NCBI GenBank assembly: GCA_028534125.1
Contig: CM052832.1
Location: forward strand, 14,820,001 to 14,884,000
Reading direction: 5' to 3'
DNA: 64,000 nucleotides
DNA from: Lama glama
Taxonomy: Eukaryota
The position numbers and the translations under genes were made by a program. Shown here piece by piece: positions 12,757 through 24,148 of the stretch. The notes beneath the pieces were generated by a model. The model made no database searches. It saw nothing but the letters and a program-made list of their open reading frames with translations, and was not told where the DNA came from. Each line of letters begins with the position of its first letter. Position 1 is the first letter of the stretch.

Positions 12757-12940
12757 GACGTGTGTTGTGCTGTCCAGAAGCCCCGCTTTAGGACAAAAGT
12801 ACCCCATCCCCCAGCTGCAGGGAGTATTTACTGCTGACAAGTCTGAGTCCCTCCCCCAGGACTGCCCTCCACCTTACAGACCTCTTGGCAGCTGCTCCCA
12901 GTGGGCAGCTCACATCCAATAACTGGATGACACAGGCCTG
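12757..12940 (+). mobile_element. LTR16-like (ERVL class) LTR fragment
   Basis: tgtccagaagccccgctttaggac...cccccagctgcagggagt...gggcagctcacatccaataactg resembles the 5' half of LTR16. Confidence 0.6.
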
Positions 12941-13479
12941 AGGGGGGGAAGGAAGGAGTGGGGAGGGAGAGGGGAGCAGGGGGTGTCTCTCTGGATTTTG
13001 AGAGGCTGGGGGAGGAGTAATTAATTATAAAGCCCACGGAATGAGCTGGCTGTTGCTGGGGGCCCTCGTGCACTGGAGAAAGACAATTCTAAAAGGCTGA
13101 GAGTGATTAATCACTAATTTAAGGCCAAATGTGAAAGCCAAGGGCCTCCTTAGATGCATAAAAATGCTCCTCTCCTGCAGCTGGAGGGGAAGGAAAAGCT
13201 GAGATGAAGGCGCAGGGCTTAATTATAAGCAGAGCAGAATGTCAGAGAAGGTTGAGTTCTCAGCTCAGGATGAGTCTGCGGCACCAAGGTCAGGCCCTGC
13301 TCAGGAAAGTGGGACTTGGAAGTGACCCCCTCAGAGCCCAGAATGCCCATGATGCCAAGGACCCTCCCTCTGAACCGCCCCCTCCTCTCCTGACCATCAG
13401 AGCAAGAGCTGGGTAAGTTACACCTCAGCTGCAGGAGGCAGCTGCGGGAGGGAGCCATGTGCCGGCAGAACCAAGGAAG

Positions 13480-14325
13480 CAAAGGGGGGGTGCGATTTGA
13501 AGGGCTGGACCAAGGTGGGGACGTAGAGTTGGATGAAGGAGTGTTAATCCAAATACAAGAATTAACACCCTGGTAAGAATGCGGAAAGACAGAAGACTAT
13601 TAACACACTGCTTAGAGAAAGTGATGTCACAGCACAAGAAGTAGAAATGCCATGTCTCAGGACATGAGCGTAGGAGCTGCTGTTACAGAACTGGGCCCCT
13701 GACAGCATTGATGACAGGATCCCTGAATAGGAGGCCAGGTGGCAGCACTCACTGGTCAGAAGGTGGGTGCGAGTATGACAACTATTGGCGAGGTCAGAGT
13801 GGCAGCTGGGAGGCCCTGACCCACAGAGCTATGGAAATGGTTACTAGAACCCGGCGTCCCCAGGGGCAAGCCAGATGGGTGGTCAACCAGCACACTGCCC
13901 ACTCTCTGTATTCAAGAAACCAAGGCCTGATGGTTGGGGAACTGAGGGCTGCACCCTAATAAAAAAAAAACCATGATCCCTTGTCCAATTTCCAGACCTG
14001 AGCAAGGTTTCAGGTCCACCTGACTGAAGGAGAGGACAGGTGTCCAGGAGTAAGGGCCCTTTGACCCCAGAACAAGAATATATGATGATGATTCCACCAG
14101 ACCCTCCCTAGAGGGACTTCCATGGCCATTTATAAAGGAAACCATCATGGAGAAAAGGAGTACCCCGGTATTTCAAGGGCTATTAGACACAGGCTCCAAA
14201 TGGACTGGTACTAGGGATCCTAAAAGTCATCATGGCCCTCCATTAGGATGGGAGCATATGGGGACCAGGTGACAACCAGATTCCTGGCTTAGGTTTGGCT
14301 CCCAGGGAGTCCACTGGGCCTACCC
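13480..14325 (+). mobile_element. Degenerate ERVL (HERV16/ERV3-16-like) internal gag-protease remnant
   Basis: 14171 onward translates FQGLLDTGSKWTGTRDPKSHHGPP, then after a frameshift IRMGAYGDQVTTRFLA*VWLPGSPLG. This matches the ERVL protease region including the LDTGS active-site motif. 5' boundary is approximate. Confidence 0.8.
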
Positions 14326-15629
14326 TGTGTGTGACTAGGGGCAGTCGCCTCCCCTGTCTGGTCCTGGTGTCCCACTGCAGGTGAAGGGCTGCCCTCGGCA
14401 GGGAGGCTGGAAGAGCGAGATGTAGCCTCACATCCTGATATCCACACTCCCCTAGGAACCCCCAGGGGGGTACCCCTGGAATTCACCAGGCCCTGCTCAA
14501 AATCCCAGTCCTGCCCCACCCCAACAAATGACCCCTGCACCCATTTCCTCATCTGCAAAGCGGAAGTGATGGCACCTGCTTTACACAGCGGCTGTGAGAA
14601 TGCGGTCAGGACACTTCCTCCTGCCACACTCTCACCTGACAGCTGTGCTGCTGCTTCTGAGAACCTGAGAGCAGCCTAGGGGGATGGCCCACACTCGCAC
14701 CCCTAGGCCCCTGCTCCCCACCCCTGGGCTCTGCCTCCCTCCCACTGGGCACCAGCCGCTGCCTTCCTGGCTCAACTGCATCCTCCAGCAATTCTCCCTA
14801 CTCTCCCACATGATCGTGATCAGGGTTTCCCTACATATGGGACCTTTCCCATCAAGGGAGAAACAGGGCAGTGTTACTCTCACTAAAAAAATTCCCTCTG
14901 CAGATGGCATGCTGCCCTCAGCTCCAGCCCCATGGGCCAGCTCCCTGGCTTGTAGAGGACACTCCTGGGAAGGCCGTCCATATGCCCAGTCTCCACTCCC
15001 TCCTGAAGCCCCTCCCATCGGGCTCTGGCCCTCACTGACTACTCTGACCCCCACTGTGCCAGAGCCCCTGGTCCCTGTCTAATCCTCCTCCTACTGACGC
15101 TCAGTAGTCACCCCATTGGCCCTGACACCCGTGGGCCCCTTCACTTCTCTGACACCACACCCCAACCCGGTCCTGGGGCCTGTCCTCCTCCCATCTACAC
15201 GGAGTTTCAAGGAAATCTCATCCAGCCTGTGGCTTTCAATACCTCCCTCTTCTATGTCCAGCTCCAACTCTGCCACTAAACTCTGCCTCCTAAATTCAAC
15301 CAGCTCCTCAATGTCCCATTTGGATGTTGAACTGGTAGACGTGTCCCAGCAGAACTCCTAACTGCTCCCAAGCCTGCTCCATCCCTGGTCTTCTCCATCT
15401 CAGAGAGGACACCACTGTTCATGCAAATGCTCAAAGACCTAGGTTCCTCTCCTTCCCTCATCTCCACATTCCGTTGACTCTCCTTCAGCAGACCCAGAAC
15501 CCAGCCTCCTGGATTTAGAAACCTGTGGGTCCACACCGCCATCATCTCACTTGGAGGGCAGTGTAGTTTTCTAAAAGCTCTCCCTACTTTCAGCCTTGCC
15601 CCTTCTGTTTACCCAACAGTCATCTTTTT

Positions 15630-15829
15630 TTGCTTTTTAATTGAAGTACAGTCAGTTATAATGTGTCAATTTCTGATGCCCAGCATAATGTCCCAGTCAT
15701 ACACATACATAGATATTAGTTTTCATATTCTTTTTCATTAAGGGTTACTACAAGATATTTAATATAGTTCTGTGTGCTATACAGAAGTTTTTTTTTTTAT
15801 CTATTTTTATATACATAGTAGTTAATATT
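15630..15829 (-). mobile_element. 5'-truncated lineage-specific L1 3' end
   Basis: ttgaagtacagtcagttataatgtgtcaatttctg...gtgctatacagaag. Perfect 17-bp duplication CCAACAGTCATCTTTTT at 15613-15629 and 15830-15846. Related copies at ~42015-42197 and ~45050-45150. Confidence 0.85.
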
Positions 15830-16277
15830 CCAACAGTCATCTTTTTAAAATATAAATATAATTTTGACATGTCACACCACTGCTAAAGCCCACCCCCACC
15901 CCATTCCAGTGTCTCACCATGTTGCTGAGAACAAGTTCCTCAGGCTTGCCAGGCCTACAGGCCAACAAGGAGGGTCCAAATTTGTTTGCTTTTCCTCACC
16001 TCCAACCACTCTCCCCACCCCTGTTCCCTGCCTGGCAGTTTGTCCTTTCTGTGTCCCTCACACAAATCAGGCTCTTTCCTGCCTCAGGGCCTTTGCACTG
16101 GCTGCTCCCTGTGCTGCGATATTCTTCCCCTGATGCCCACAGGCTTATCTCCTGCCTTGTTGTGGTCTCTGATCAATGTCCTTGATTCCAAATCATCTAA
16201 AACAGCCAGCCCATCCCTGTCACTCCCTAGCCCCTTACTCCTGTTCTATTTTTCCTTGGTAACACTCCCCAGTGTTA

Positions 16278-16905
16278 CTTTTTTTAATTAATAGACTTTA
16301 TTTTTTAGAACAGTTCCAGGTTCACAGCAGAGCTGAGCAGAAAATACAGAGAGTTCCCGTATAGCCCTCCCCACCCACAAATATATACTCCTCTACCCTC
16401 AATATCCCTCATCAGTGTGGTATATTTGGTATAATCAATGAACCAATATGGGCACATTATTATCAACCAAAGTCCATAGTTTACATTAGGGTTCACTCTT
16501 GATGTTGTACATTCTATGGGTTTTGACAAATGCATAATGACATGTTGCCACCTCTATAGTATCATACAGAATAATTTCATTGCCCTAAAAATCCCTTATG
16601 CTCCATCTATTCATTCCTTCCTCCCTCTCTCTCACCAAACTCCTGGAAACCACGATCTTTTTATTGTTTATGTAGCTTTCCCTTTTCCAGAATGTCATTT
16701 GGTTGGAATCGTACAGTTTGTAGCCTTTTCAGACTGGCTTCTTTCATTTAGTAATATGTCTTTTAAGTTTCTTCCATGTCTTTCATGGCTTGATAGCTCA
16801 TCTCTTTTTATCATGGAATGACATTCCATTGTCTGGGTGTACCACAGTTTATTTATCCATTCATCTATTACAGGATGTCATGGTTGCTTCTAAGTTTTGT
16901 CAATT
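16278..16905 (-). mobile_element. Old L1 (L1MC-like) 3' end
   Basis: Typical antisense L1 3'UTR (agactttattttttagaacagttccaggttcacagc; ttcactcttgatgttgtacattctatggg). Confidence 0.8.
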
Positions 16906-16967
16906 AGATTCCTTAACATTCACAATACACAAGAGTGGGCTAAAGTCCTGCAGTAAAGAAAACTCTT

Positions 16968-17125
16968 GGGGGGAGGGTATAGTTCAACTGGTAGAGTGCA
17001 TGCTTAGCATGCAGGAGGTCCAGGGTTCAATCTCCAGGACCTCCATTTAAGTCAATCAATAAATTAAAAAAACCTAATTACCTCCCCCTTCAACAACAAC
17101 AAAATAAATAAATAAATTAAAAAAA
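16968..17125 (+). mobile_element. tRNA-derived SINE (camelid Vic-1-like)
   Basis: GGGGAGGGTATAGTTCAACTGGTAGAGTGCATGCTTAGCATGC...GGTTCAATCTCC (Pol III A/B boxes), A-rich tail with aacctaattacctccccc, target-site duplication AAAACTCTT at 16959-16967 and 17126-17134. Confidence 0.88.
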
Positions 17126-17629
17126 AAAACTCTTTACCTTCGTTGAACTTGGTTTTTCCCAAATTTGACCATTGCCAGTGTGTCCAAGTTCAACCTCCCA
17201 CCTCCTGAGGCCACAGGAGCTCATCCTTGGAGGACCTCTCTGGGCTGGGGCAGCTAAAGAAGGCTTTTTTTTTAAGAGAAGCTGAGACCAACAAAGCAGA
17301 GTGGGGGGCACCCAGGGAAAAGGAATGGTTAAATTTGGGGATTTGGAGGGTGTGGGTTGGGCTGGAGTGAGGACCCCAAGAGGAGCAATGGGAACTAAAC
17401 TAGGGACCTGACTCTGGTGCCCCACAGCCACATAGCAGCGGGGTGCTTAGGAGCAGACCACCTCCCTCCTCTGAGTCTCAGTGCCAGTGTCAAGCGAGGC
17501 CTAACTGCTCAGAGCTGCTGAGGCTACACGTGAGTCCTTAGGTTGGTTTCTAGAATTCAAAAAGCCTAATGCCTCCAACACCCAGACCGAGTCTCTAAAC
17601 CATTCCCCATGAACTGGATCCACAGAAAT

Positions 17630-18523
17630 GGGGCAAAAATATTTGCAAATATCTCTAACAAGGGTCTAGTATCTAAAGAACCCAAAAACCTCAACAAGAA
17701 AAAGACAAATTACCCAATTTAAGAATAGGCAAAGGGTAGGAAAAGACATTTCTCCAAAGAAGGTACAAAAGGCCAATAAGTACAGGAAAAGATACTCAAT
17801 ATTATGTCACTTAGAGAAAGCAAATCAGACCCACAATGAAATATCACTTCCCAAGCACTAGGATGGCTGTGATGACAAAGCTGGACAACAACAAGTGGGT
17901 GAAGATGAGGAGTAACTGGGACTTTCACACATTGCTGGATGGAATGTAAATGGTGCAATCTAGAAAACAGTCTGGCAGTTCCTTAAAAGGTTAAACACAG
18001 AGTTACTATGTGACCCAACCATTCCACTCCTAGCTATATATCCAAGGGAAATGAAAACATGGCTACACAAAAACTTGTACACAAATGTTCACAGAAGCAT
18101 TATGAATAATAACCCCAAAGTGAAAACAATTCAAATGTCTATCAGTGGATAAATGGATAAATAAAATGTGTATATCCACACAATGGAATGTTATTCAGTC
18201 ATAAAGAGGAATGAAGTAATGTTACGTGCTACAACATGGCTGGACCTTATAAACATTATGTTAAATTAAAGAAGCCAGGCACAAAGATGTGATTCCATTT
18301 ATATGGAATATCCAGGCAATTGATAGAGACAAAGTAGATTGGTGGTTGCTGGGAGCTTGAGGGAGGGGGAATTGAGTGACTGCTAACGGGTATGGGGATT
18401 TTTGGGGTGATGGAAATATTCTGGAATTAGTGGTGACAGTTGTACATCTTTATCAATGTGCTGAAAGCCACTGAATTATACATTTTTAAAAGGTGAAAAT
18501 TATGGTATATGAAATATATCTCA
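17630..18523 (+). mobile_element. Old L1 (L1MB-like) ORF2 end and 3'UTR
   Basis: Sense L1 motifs (atttgcaaat...agacatttctccaaagaa; attccactcctag; ggataaataaaatgtg) ending in a microsatellite tail. Confidence 0.82.
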
Positions 18524-18595
18524 ATGTGTATACATGTGTGTGTATATACATATACATGTATACATACATACATATATATATGTGTGTATATATAT
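18524..18595. repeat. Mixed (TA/TG/CA)n microsatellite, uninterrupted purine-pyrimidine alternation
   Basis: 72 bp of strict alternation at the L1 tail. Confidence 0.9.
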
Positions 18596-19530
18596 TTAAA
18601 GATTCAGCCCTTTGGAGAAATGGCCGTTGCAGGTCTGAGGAGCCAGGAACATCTTCATTCCAGAAAGCGAGGACACTTTCAAAGCCCCATGTAGTCGTAT
18701 GAATGGTGCCAGAATCAACTTCAAGAGGCTCCCACTGGCCAAAGATGGGACAATTTGAGCATCACTGAGAATAATAAATACAAGGACTGAAACTCATCAA
18801 ATTTATAAAAATCCATGATGACAATAAAAATCAAATTCTAAAAACAAAAACAAGTCTGCTAGTAACCAAATACCTGCAAGAACGTGGAGCTGCTCAGACA
18901 CTGCTTGTGAGCTGGTACAAGCACTCTGGAAAACAGTTTAGTGTTATCTACTAGGTTGGAAGATACACCTACTCCGTGACCCAGCAATTCCACTCCGAGG
19001 AAAACACCCTGAAGAACTGCAGGCACATATTTACCCCAAGACATGGATGAGAAGGTTCTGAATGGCAGTTTTCACAACAGCCACAGTCAGAAGCAACCCA
19101 GATGTCTGTAAACAGTTAAATGGATAAGTAAATCCCGGTATATTCACGTGTCAGAAAACTACGCAACGATAAAAACAATGAAAGGATGACCACTACAAAG
19201 AACAACCGGATGCATGCATGGTAAAAAGAAAATGTTAATTGAAAAAAATCCAGACATAGGAAACTACATAATCCCGTGAATTAAAATTCAAAAGCAGACA
19301 GAACTATTTGGCTTTGGATGCATACTTATGTGGTAAAACCAAAAACAAAGCAGCTAATAACCCCAACTATTTAGTGGTGGGTCTCCAGGGAGGGAGGGGC
19401 TTGTGGTGGGGAAGGTTCCGTGGGGGACTTTTGGTGCTACCGCCAATGACCTAGATGGTGGTGACTTGGGTGTGGGCTTTATAGTAATTTGTTAAAATGT
19501 ATAACCTATTTTATACACTTTTATATTTTA

Positions 19531-19614
19531 TTTTATTTATTTTTAAATGGAAGTACTGGTGATTGAACCCAGACCTCAGGCATGCCAAGCATGTGCTCTA
19601 CTGTTGAGCACCCC
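19531..19614 (-). mobile_element. tRNA-derived SINE (Vic-1-like), short copy
   Basis: Reverse complement has GCTCAACAGTAGAGCACATGCTTGGCATGCC...GGGTTCAATC. Perfect 15-bp target-site duplication CACTTTTATATTTTA at 19516-19530 and 19615-19629. Confidence 0.88.
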
Positions 19615-21548
19615 CACTTTTATATTTTAAAACTGGGAAAAATATTCACATCAGCTCATTTCTCTAAAACTTGATAAAGGAAAAGAATCAAGCCTTTATC
19701 CTACTGTATATACCATATTTCAGAATAATAAAATTTGTGAAGGGGGAAAGTTCTTTATAGAAGTCTAGTAAACAAAATGTTCAAATTAGAAAACACCATC
19801 CAGTGGGGAGGAAAACGTGGTGGAAACCTGATGTTAACTTGCAGCAAAGGTGGGACGGCCACAGCTCTCAGGACTCCCCACCTCTTCTGGCCCCTGCAGC
19901 CCCCCTGCCACTCCTGGGAACACAGATGTCCCTGTGGACTACAGCACTCCAGCCACCTGGGCCAGGCTGTGAGCAGAGTAACCGCTCCACTGGCCACACC
20001 AATAGGGAGATAGACTTACCTATATGTGCTTTGTACGCTATTTTGCTTCCAAAATTTGCACAAAGATTCCCAGAGTTCTGCCAGGGCACACAGTTGCCTC
20101 CAGGCCTGAGTTCAGGACACAGGCCCAGCTCCGCTGCGGAGCTCACCTGAACATTGGTTCAGAATGGCCTGGCGGGTGGGGCAGTCAGAGGGTCTGAGAA
20201 AGAGCAGGAGGGGGACTCAAGGATCTGGAGCTGATGCGGGCTGGGGTGCTCAACCCCATTCTACTGCTTCATAGACGCCCATCACCAAGGCAGTCTGTGG
20301 GGGCCCTCCCCACCCTTACACCCCTCAGGTGGAAATGTTGTGACTTGATTTCTCCCTGCCGAGCTTGCCCTGGCCCTGCTTGAGGAGTGGTGAGGAGGGA
20401 AGGAAGCCCACCGTGATCTGCCACCCAGCCCCCCACCCTGTCCAGGGGCACTTGAGCTGAGCTAGCTTTGCGGCTTACCAGACCAGCTGGTGCAAGGTGG
20501 GGGTGTGGGCAATGCCCAAGCCCAGCCGGGGCTGGCAGAAGGGCCCACCCAGCCAGTCAGGGCCAGTGACAAAGGGGCTGGGAAGGGGGGCCGAGGCAGG
20601 GATCCTGGGCCCTGTAGGGCAGGGAGGCCTCCCATCAGAGGTGCCTCGTCTGGGGCAGGGCCAAGTGGGGCAGGTGAGACGGCGGCCAGTCACCCAACAC
20701 TCGGAGAGCAGGCGGCAGTGGCAGCCTGGTGTCCGATGAATCTGCTGATAGAAGTGACACAAGATATCCTGCTGTGGGTGGGGCCAGGGGAGGGGAGGCA
20801 GGAGTGGAGAGAGCCTTGTTCAGAGGATTTTGGATCCTGGCTCAGTAACACACTTATGGAGGAACCTTGACCAGGAGCCTTAAGCCCTTCTGCAGCCTCA
20901 GCTTACCCATCTGAAAGTGGGGTGCTAGGAAGGGGACATGAGCTTCTCAGCACAAGGAGCCTTGTGCAGGGCCCAGCACACAGTAAGTGCTCAACAAACA
21001 TCATGTGTTGTCATTATGGAAGTTGAGGCTGCCGAGGGCTCAGCAGTGGTTAAGTGGGGTGAGGGGTCAGCTAAATCCTGGACAGAACCAAGAGTGAAAG
21101 CTCCAGGGGGCAAGGGTGAGGCAGGTTTCATTCACCACTGAATGGCCGGTGCCCAGTTCAGTCTGGGCACAGAGCACTCAGTACTTATTTGGTGAATGAA
21201 TGCTTGGGAGTAAAACTTGGAACAAGTAGCCCCTAAGACAATTAATCTACTAATCAGATGATCCCAAATAAGAATCTGAGCCCAAATCCAAGGTCTGCCC
21301 CCTTCCTGGCTGTGCAACCCCAGGTAGGTCATCCCCTGCCCCCCACCTCAGCCTCCTCATCTATCAAATGGGAATAATAGTAATTAACAAATACCTTCAT
21401 CATAGGCTACGGGCAGGGCTCAAAGCAGAAACGGGTGTGGAAGTGGAGGTGGTGCTGTCAGTGCCCCTTTATCAGATGGAGCACCCATCCCCCAGCCACT
21501 GCAGTAGCTGGCTGCTAATGGCTCACAGATGCCCCCTTCTCCTGGGAG

Positions 21549-22120
21549 GTTTTTTTTTTTAATTGTTTATTGAAGAATAGTTGATTTACAATATTAGTTT
21601 TAGGTGTACAGCACGGCAATTCAGTATTTTTATAGTTTATACCCCATTAAAAGTTATTACAAGATCACAACTATAATTCCCTGTGCTATACACTATAACC
21701 TTGTTGCTCATCTAATTTATACATAATAGTTTGTACCTCTTAATCCCCTCCCCACTTCCCTGTCCCCACTAGTAACCACTAGTTTGTTTTCTATATCTGT
21801 GAGTCTGCTTCTGTTTTCTGTATACATTTGTTTGTATTATTTTTTTAGATTCTACATTTAAGTGATATTATACAGTATTTGTCTTTCTCTCTGACTTTAT
21901 TTCACAAAGTATAATATTCTCTAGATCCATCCGTGCAGCTGTAAATGGCAGAATTTCCTTCTTTATTAAGTCTGAGTAGTATTCCATTGTCTATATGTAC
22001 CACATCTTCTTTATCCATTCATCCATTGATGGGCTTTTAGGTTGCTTCCATATCTTGGCTATTGTAAATAGTGCTGCCATGAACACTGGGATGTGTGTGT
22101 CCGCTTGAATTGGTGTTTTG
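21549..22120 (-). mobile_element. L1 3' fragment (Cetartiodactyla-type)
   Basis: T-tract then ttattgaagaatagttgatttacaatattag...ccctgtgctata...gttgcttccatatcttggctattgtaaatagtgctgc. Confidence 0.82.
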
Positions 22121-23940
22121 ACCATGGCTTCATCTCCCACTTCTTCCTTCGGATTCCTGTGCTGATTTCCTCCCCACCCCTAGGCCCACCTGTCACATTC
22201 CAAACTCTGCATCATTGTCCTTGATGTCACTTTTCCTGGAAGGCACCTTCCACCTCGCTGAATCTACCATCCCTTCCTTCCAGGCCTGCTCCTGCAGAAG
22301 ACCTTCCATGATCAATCAGCCCCCATCTCTAGGAGCAGGCCTGCCTCCCATCTCTGGGAGAAGTGGTCATCCCCACTCCCTGATGAGAGGTGCTGGGGCA
22401 TCAAGGTTAAGAGCACAGCCTATGGATCCAGACTGCATGGGTGTGAATCCTGCCTCAGCCACTTATTTGCCAGTATGATGTCAGGCAACTCGCTTAATCT
22501 CAGTTTCCACGTCTGTAAAGTGGGATAACCTCATAGGTTACTGAGAAGATTAAATGAGTTAATAAATATGGATAAATAAAACAGTGCTTGGCACACGTCA
22601 GAGGTTCTCAGGCCCCCTGGCACTGCCGTCCAGGGCTGGCCTCCCTTTTCTGTACCCCCGACAGGACATCCCAGTGCCACACACACCATGATGCTCAATC
22701 TCCACTTTCATGGACACTTGGCTTCTGAGATTTTCCTTCTGCAGCCCTCCTGCTACCCACATTTACCTTACCTCCTTGCTCATCCCAGTAGGTTTCATCC
22801 ACCAAAAGACTGGGAGAGGAGAAACCAGGCCATGAGGAGACCAGTTGGAAACCAGCCACAAATAAAAATTCTTCAAACCGAAGTGGCAGCATCTGACTCA
22901 AATGGCATCAAATTTGTATTTGAAGGGAATGAAATGAAAATGCTCATTTTTTAGATGTCTAAGAAAAGTCCCAGGTATTATGAAATGGTGTTCTAATTAA
23001 GCTTTGTAGGAATAATGATGTTTGTTGCATAAAATGCAAACAGCACGGGATGCTAAAATAAAGAGGAAACATTCTCCATCTTGCCTGACACTTGGCCTCC
23101 TAATACCTGCCCTAGGGATGCCTCCTGGACATTTTTATGCAAATGTGAGCATGAGGATAGATATGTATATTTTTAAAACAAGAATCATACTAAACACATT
23201 GTTCTCCAGAGTCACTTGTTCAACTTGCTGATACATTCTGACCGTATTTCCACCCTAATGTTAAGCTCTGCCCCGTTCTCTTCTCTGTCCCCAGCACTTA
23301 AAGCAGTACCTGGCACACAGAAGACATTCACTGACCAAAGCAAAGAATGAACAGCTGCCTAAAATCACAGCATCTCGAGAGGTCCTGATTATACCACCAA
23401 CCCTCCTGAGGGACATAAGTAAAGCTTTGTCACACAGTCCATTCCACCCAGCTCTCTTTGCACGCTACCAAGAGGGCTCCTGTGGGAGAAACCCCTGGAC
23501 ATGGGACTGCCAGGTTAAAACTTTGGTAGCTATTGCCGAAAACGTAGTGCCGACCTATTCTCCCGGCTAATGGGAGAGGTCCAGTTTCCTACACCCTCTG
23601 CCACCTAAGAGCTTTATTATGATGATAACTTATTTCTCCAGTGGATTAACCTATTGAGTGACTCCACCCTTGATCATCCAATCTCCTTTTGTCCCTCCTG
23701 AGTAAGTGAGAGGATGGGTTTTATTATTTCTGAGCAGCACTAGGGAGCCAAAATCCACAAATGGGAAGCTACTCTACAGACCATGAACAGAAACAGTTCA
23801 CAGATGCAAAACTTTAAAAAATGTCATTACTTTCTGAAAATGGACACAATTTTTAAAAAACTGACAACTTCAAAACAATTATCCAGTGGCCCCTCTCCCA
23901 ATACAAAAGAGAAAATTCGGACCCTAGGCTCCCTCCCTCA

Positions 23941-24148
23941 CTGGGTGGCCAGATTTAGCAAATGAAAATATAGGACACTTAGTTAAATTTGACTTTCACA
24001 TAAACAACATATAAAATTTTTAGTACAAGAACATCCCAGGCAATATTTGCGACATACTTACACTTCCAAAAAAAAAAAAAACCGCCAAATTTGTTGTTTA
24101 TCTGAAAGTCAGATTTAACCAAGCATCCTGGAGTTTATCTGGCAAGCT
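23941..24148. mobile_element. MER53-like palindromic hAT MITE
   Basis: Ends gggtggccagatttagcaaat ... tttatctggcaagc, with inverted internal arms (aaatttgactttcacataaacaac / gttgtttatctgaaagtcagattt). Confidence 0.8.

Noticed and set aside
16968..17046. tRNA-like sequences (also 19531, 31146, 34245) as real tRNA genes
   Set aside because: Degenerate stems, A-rich tails and target-site duplications identify them as SINEs.
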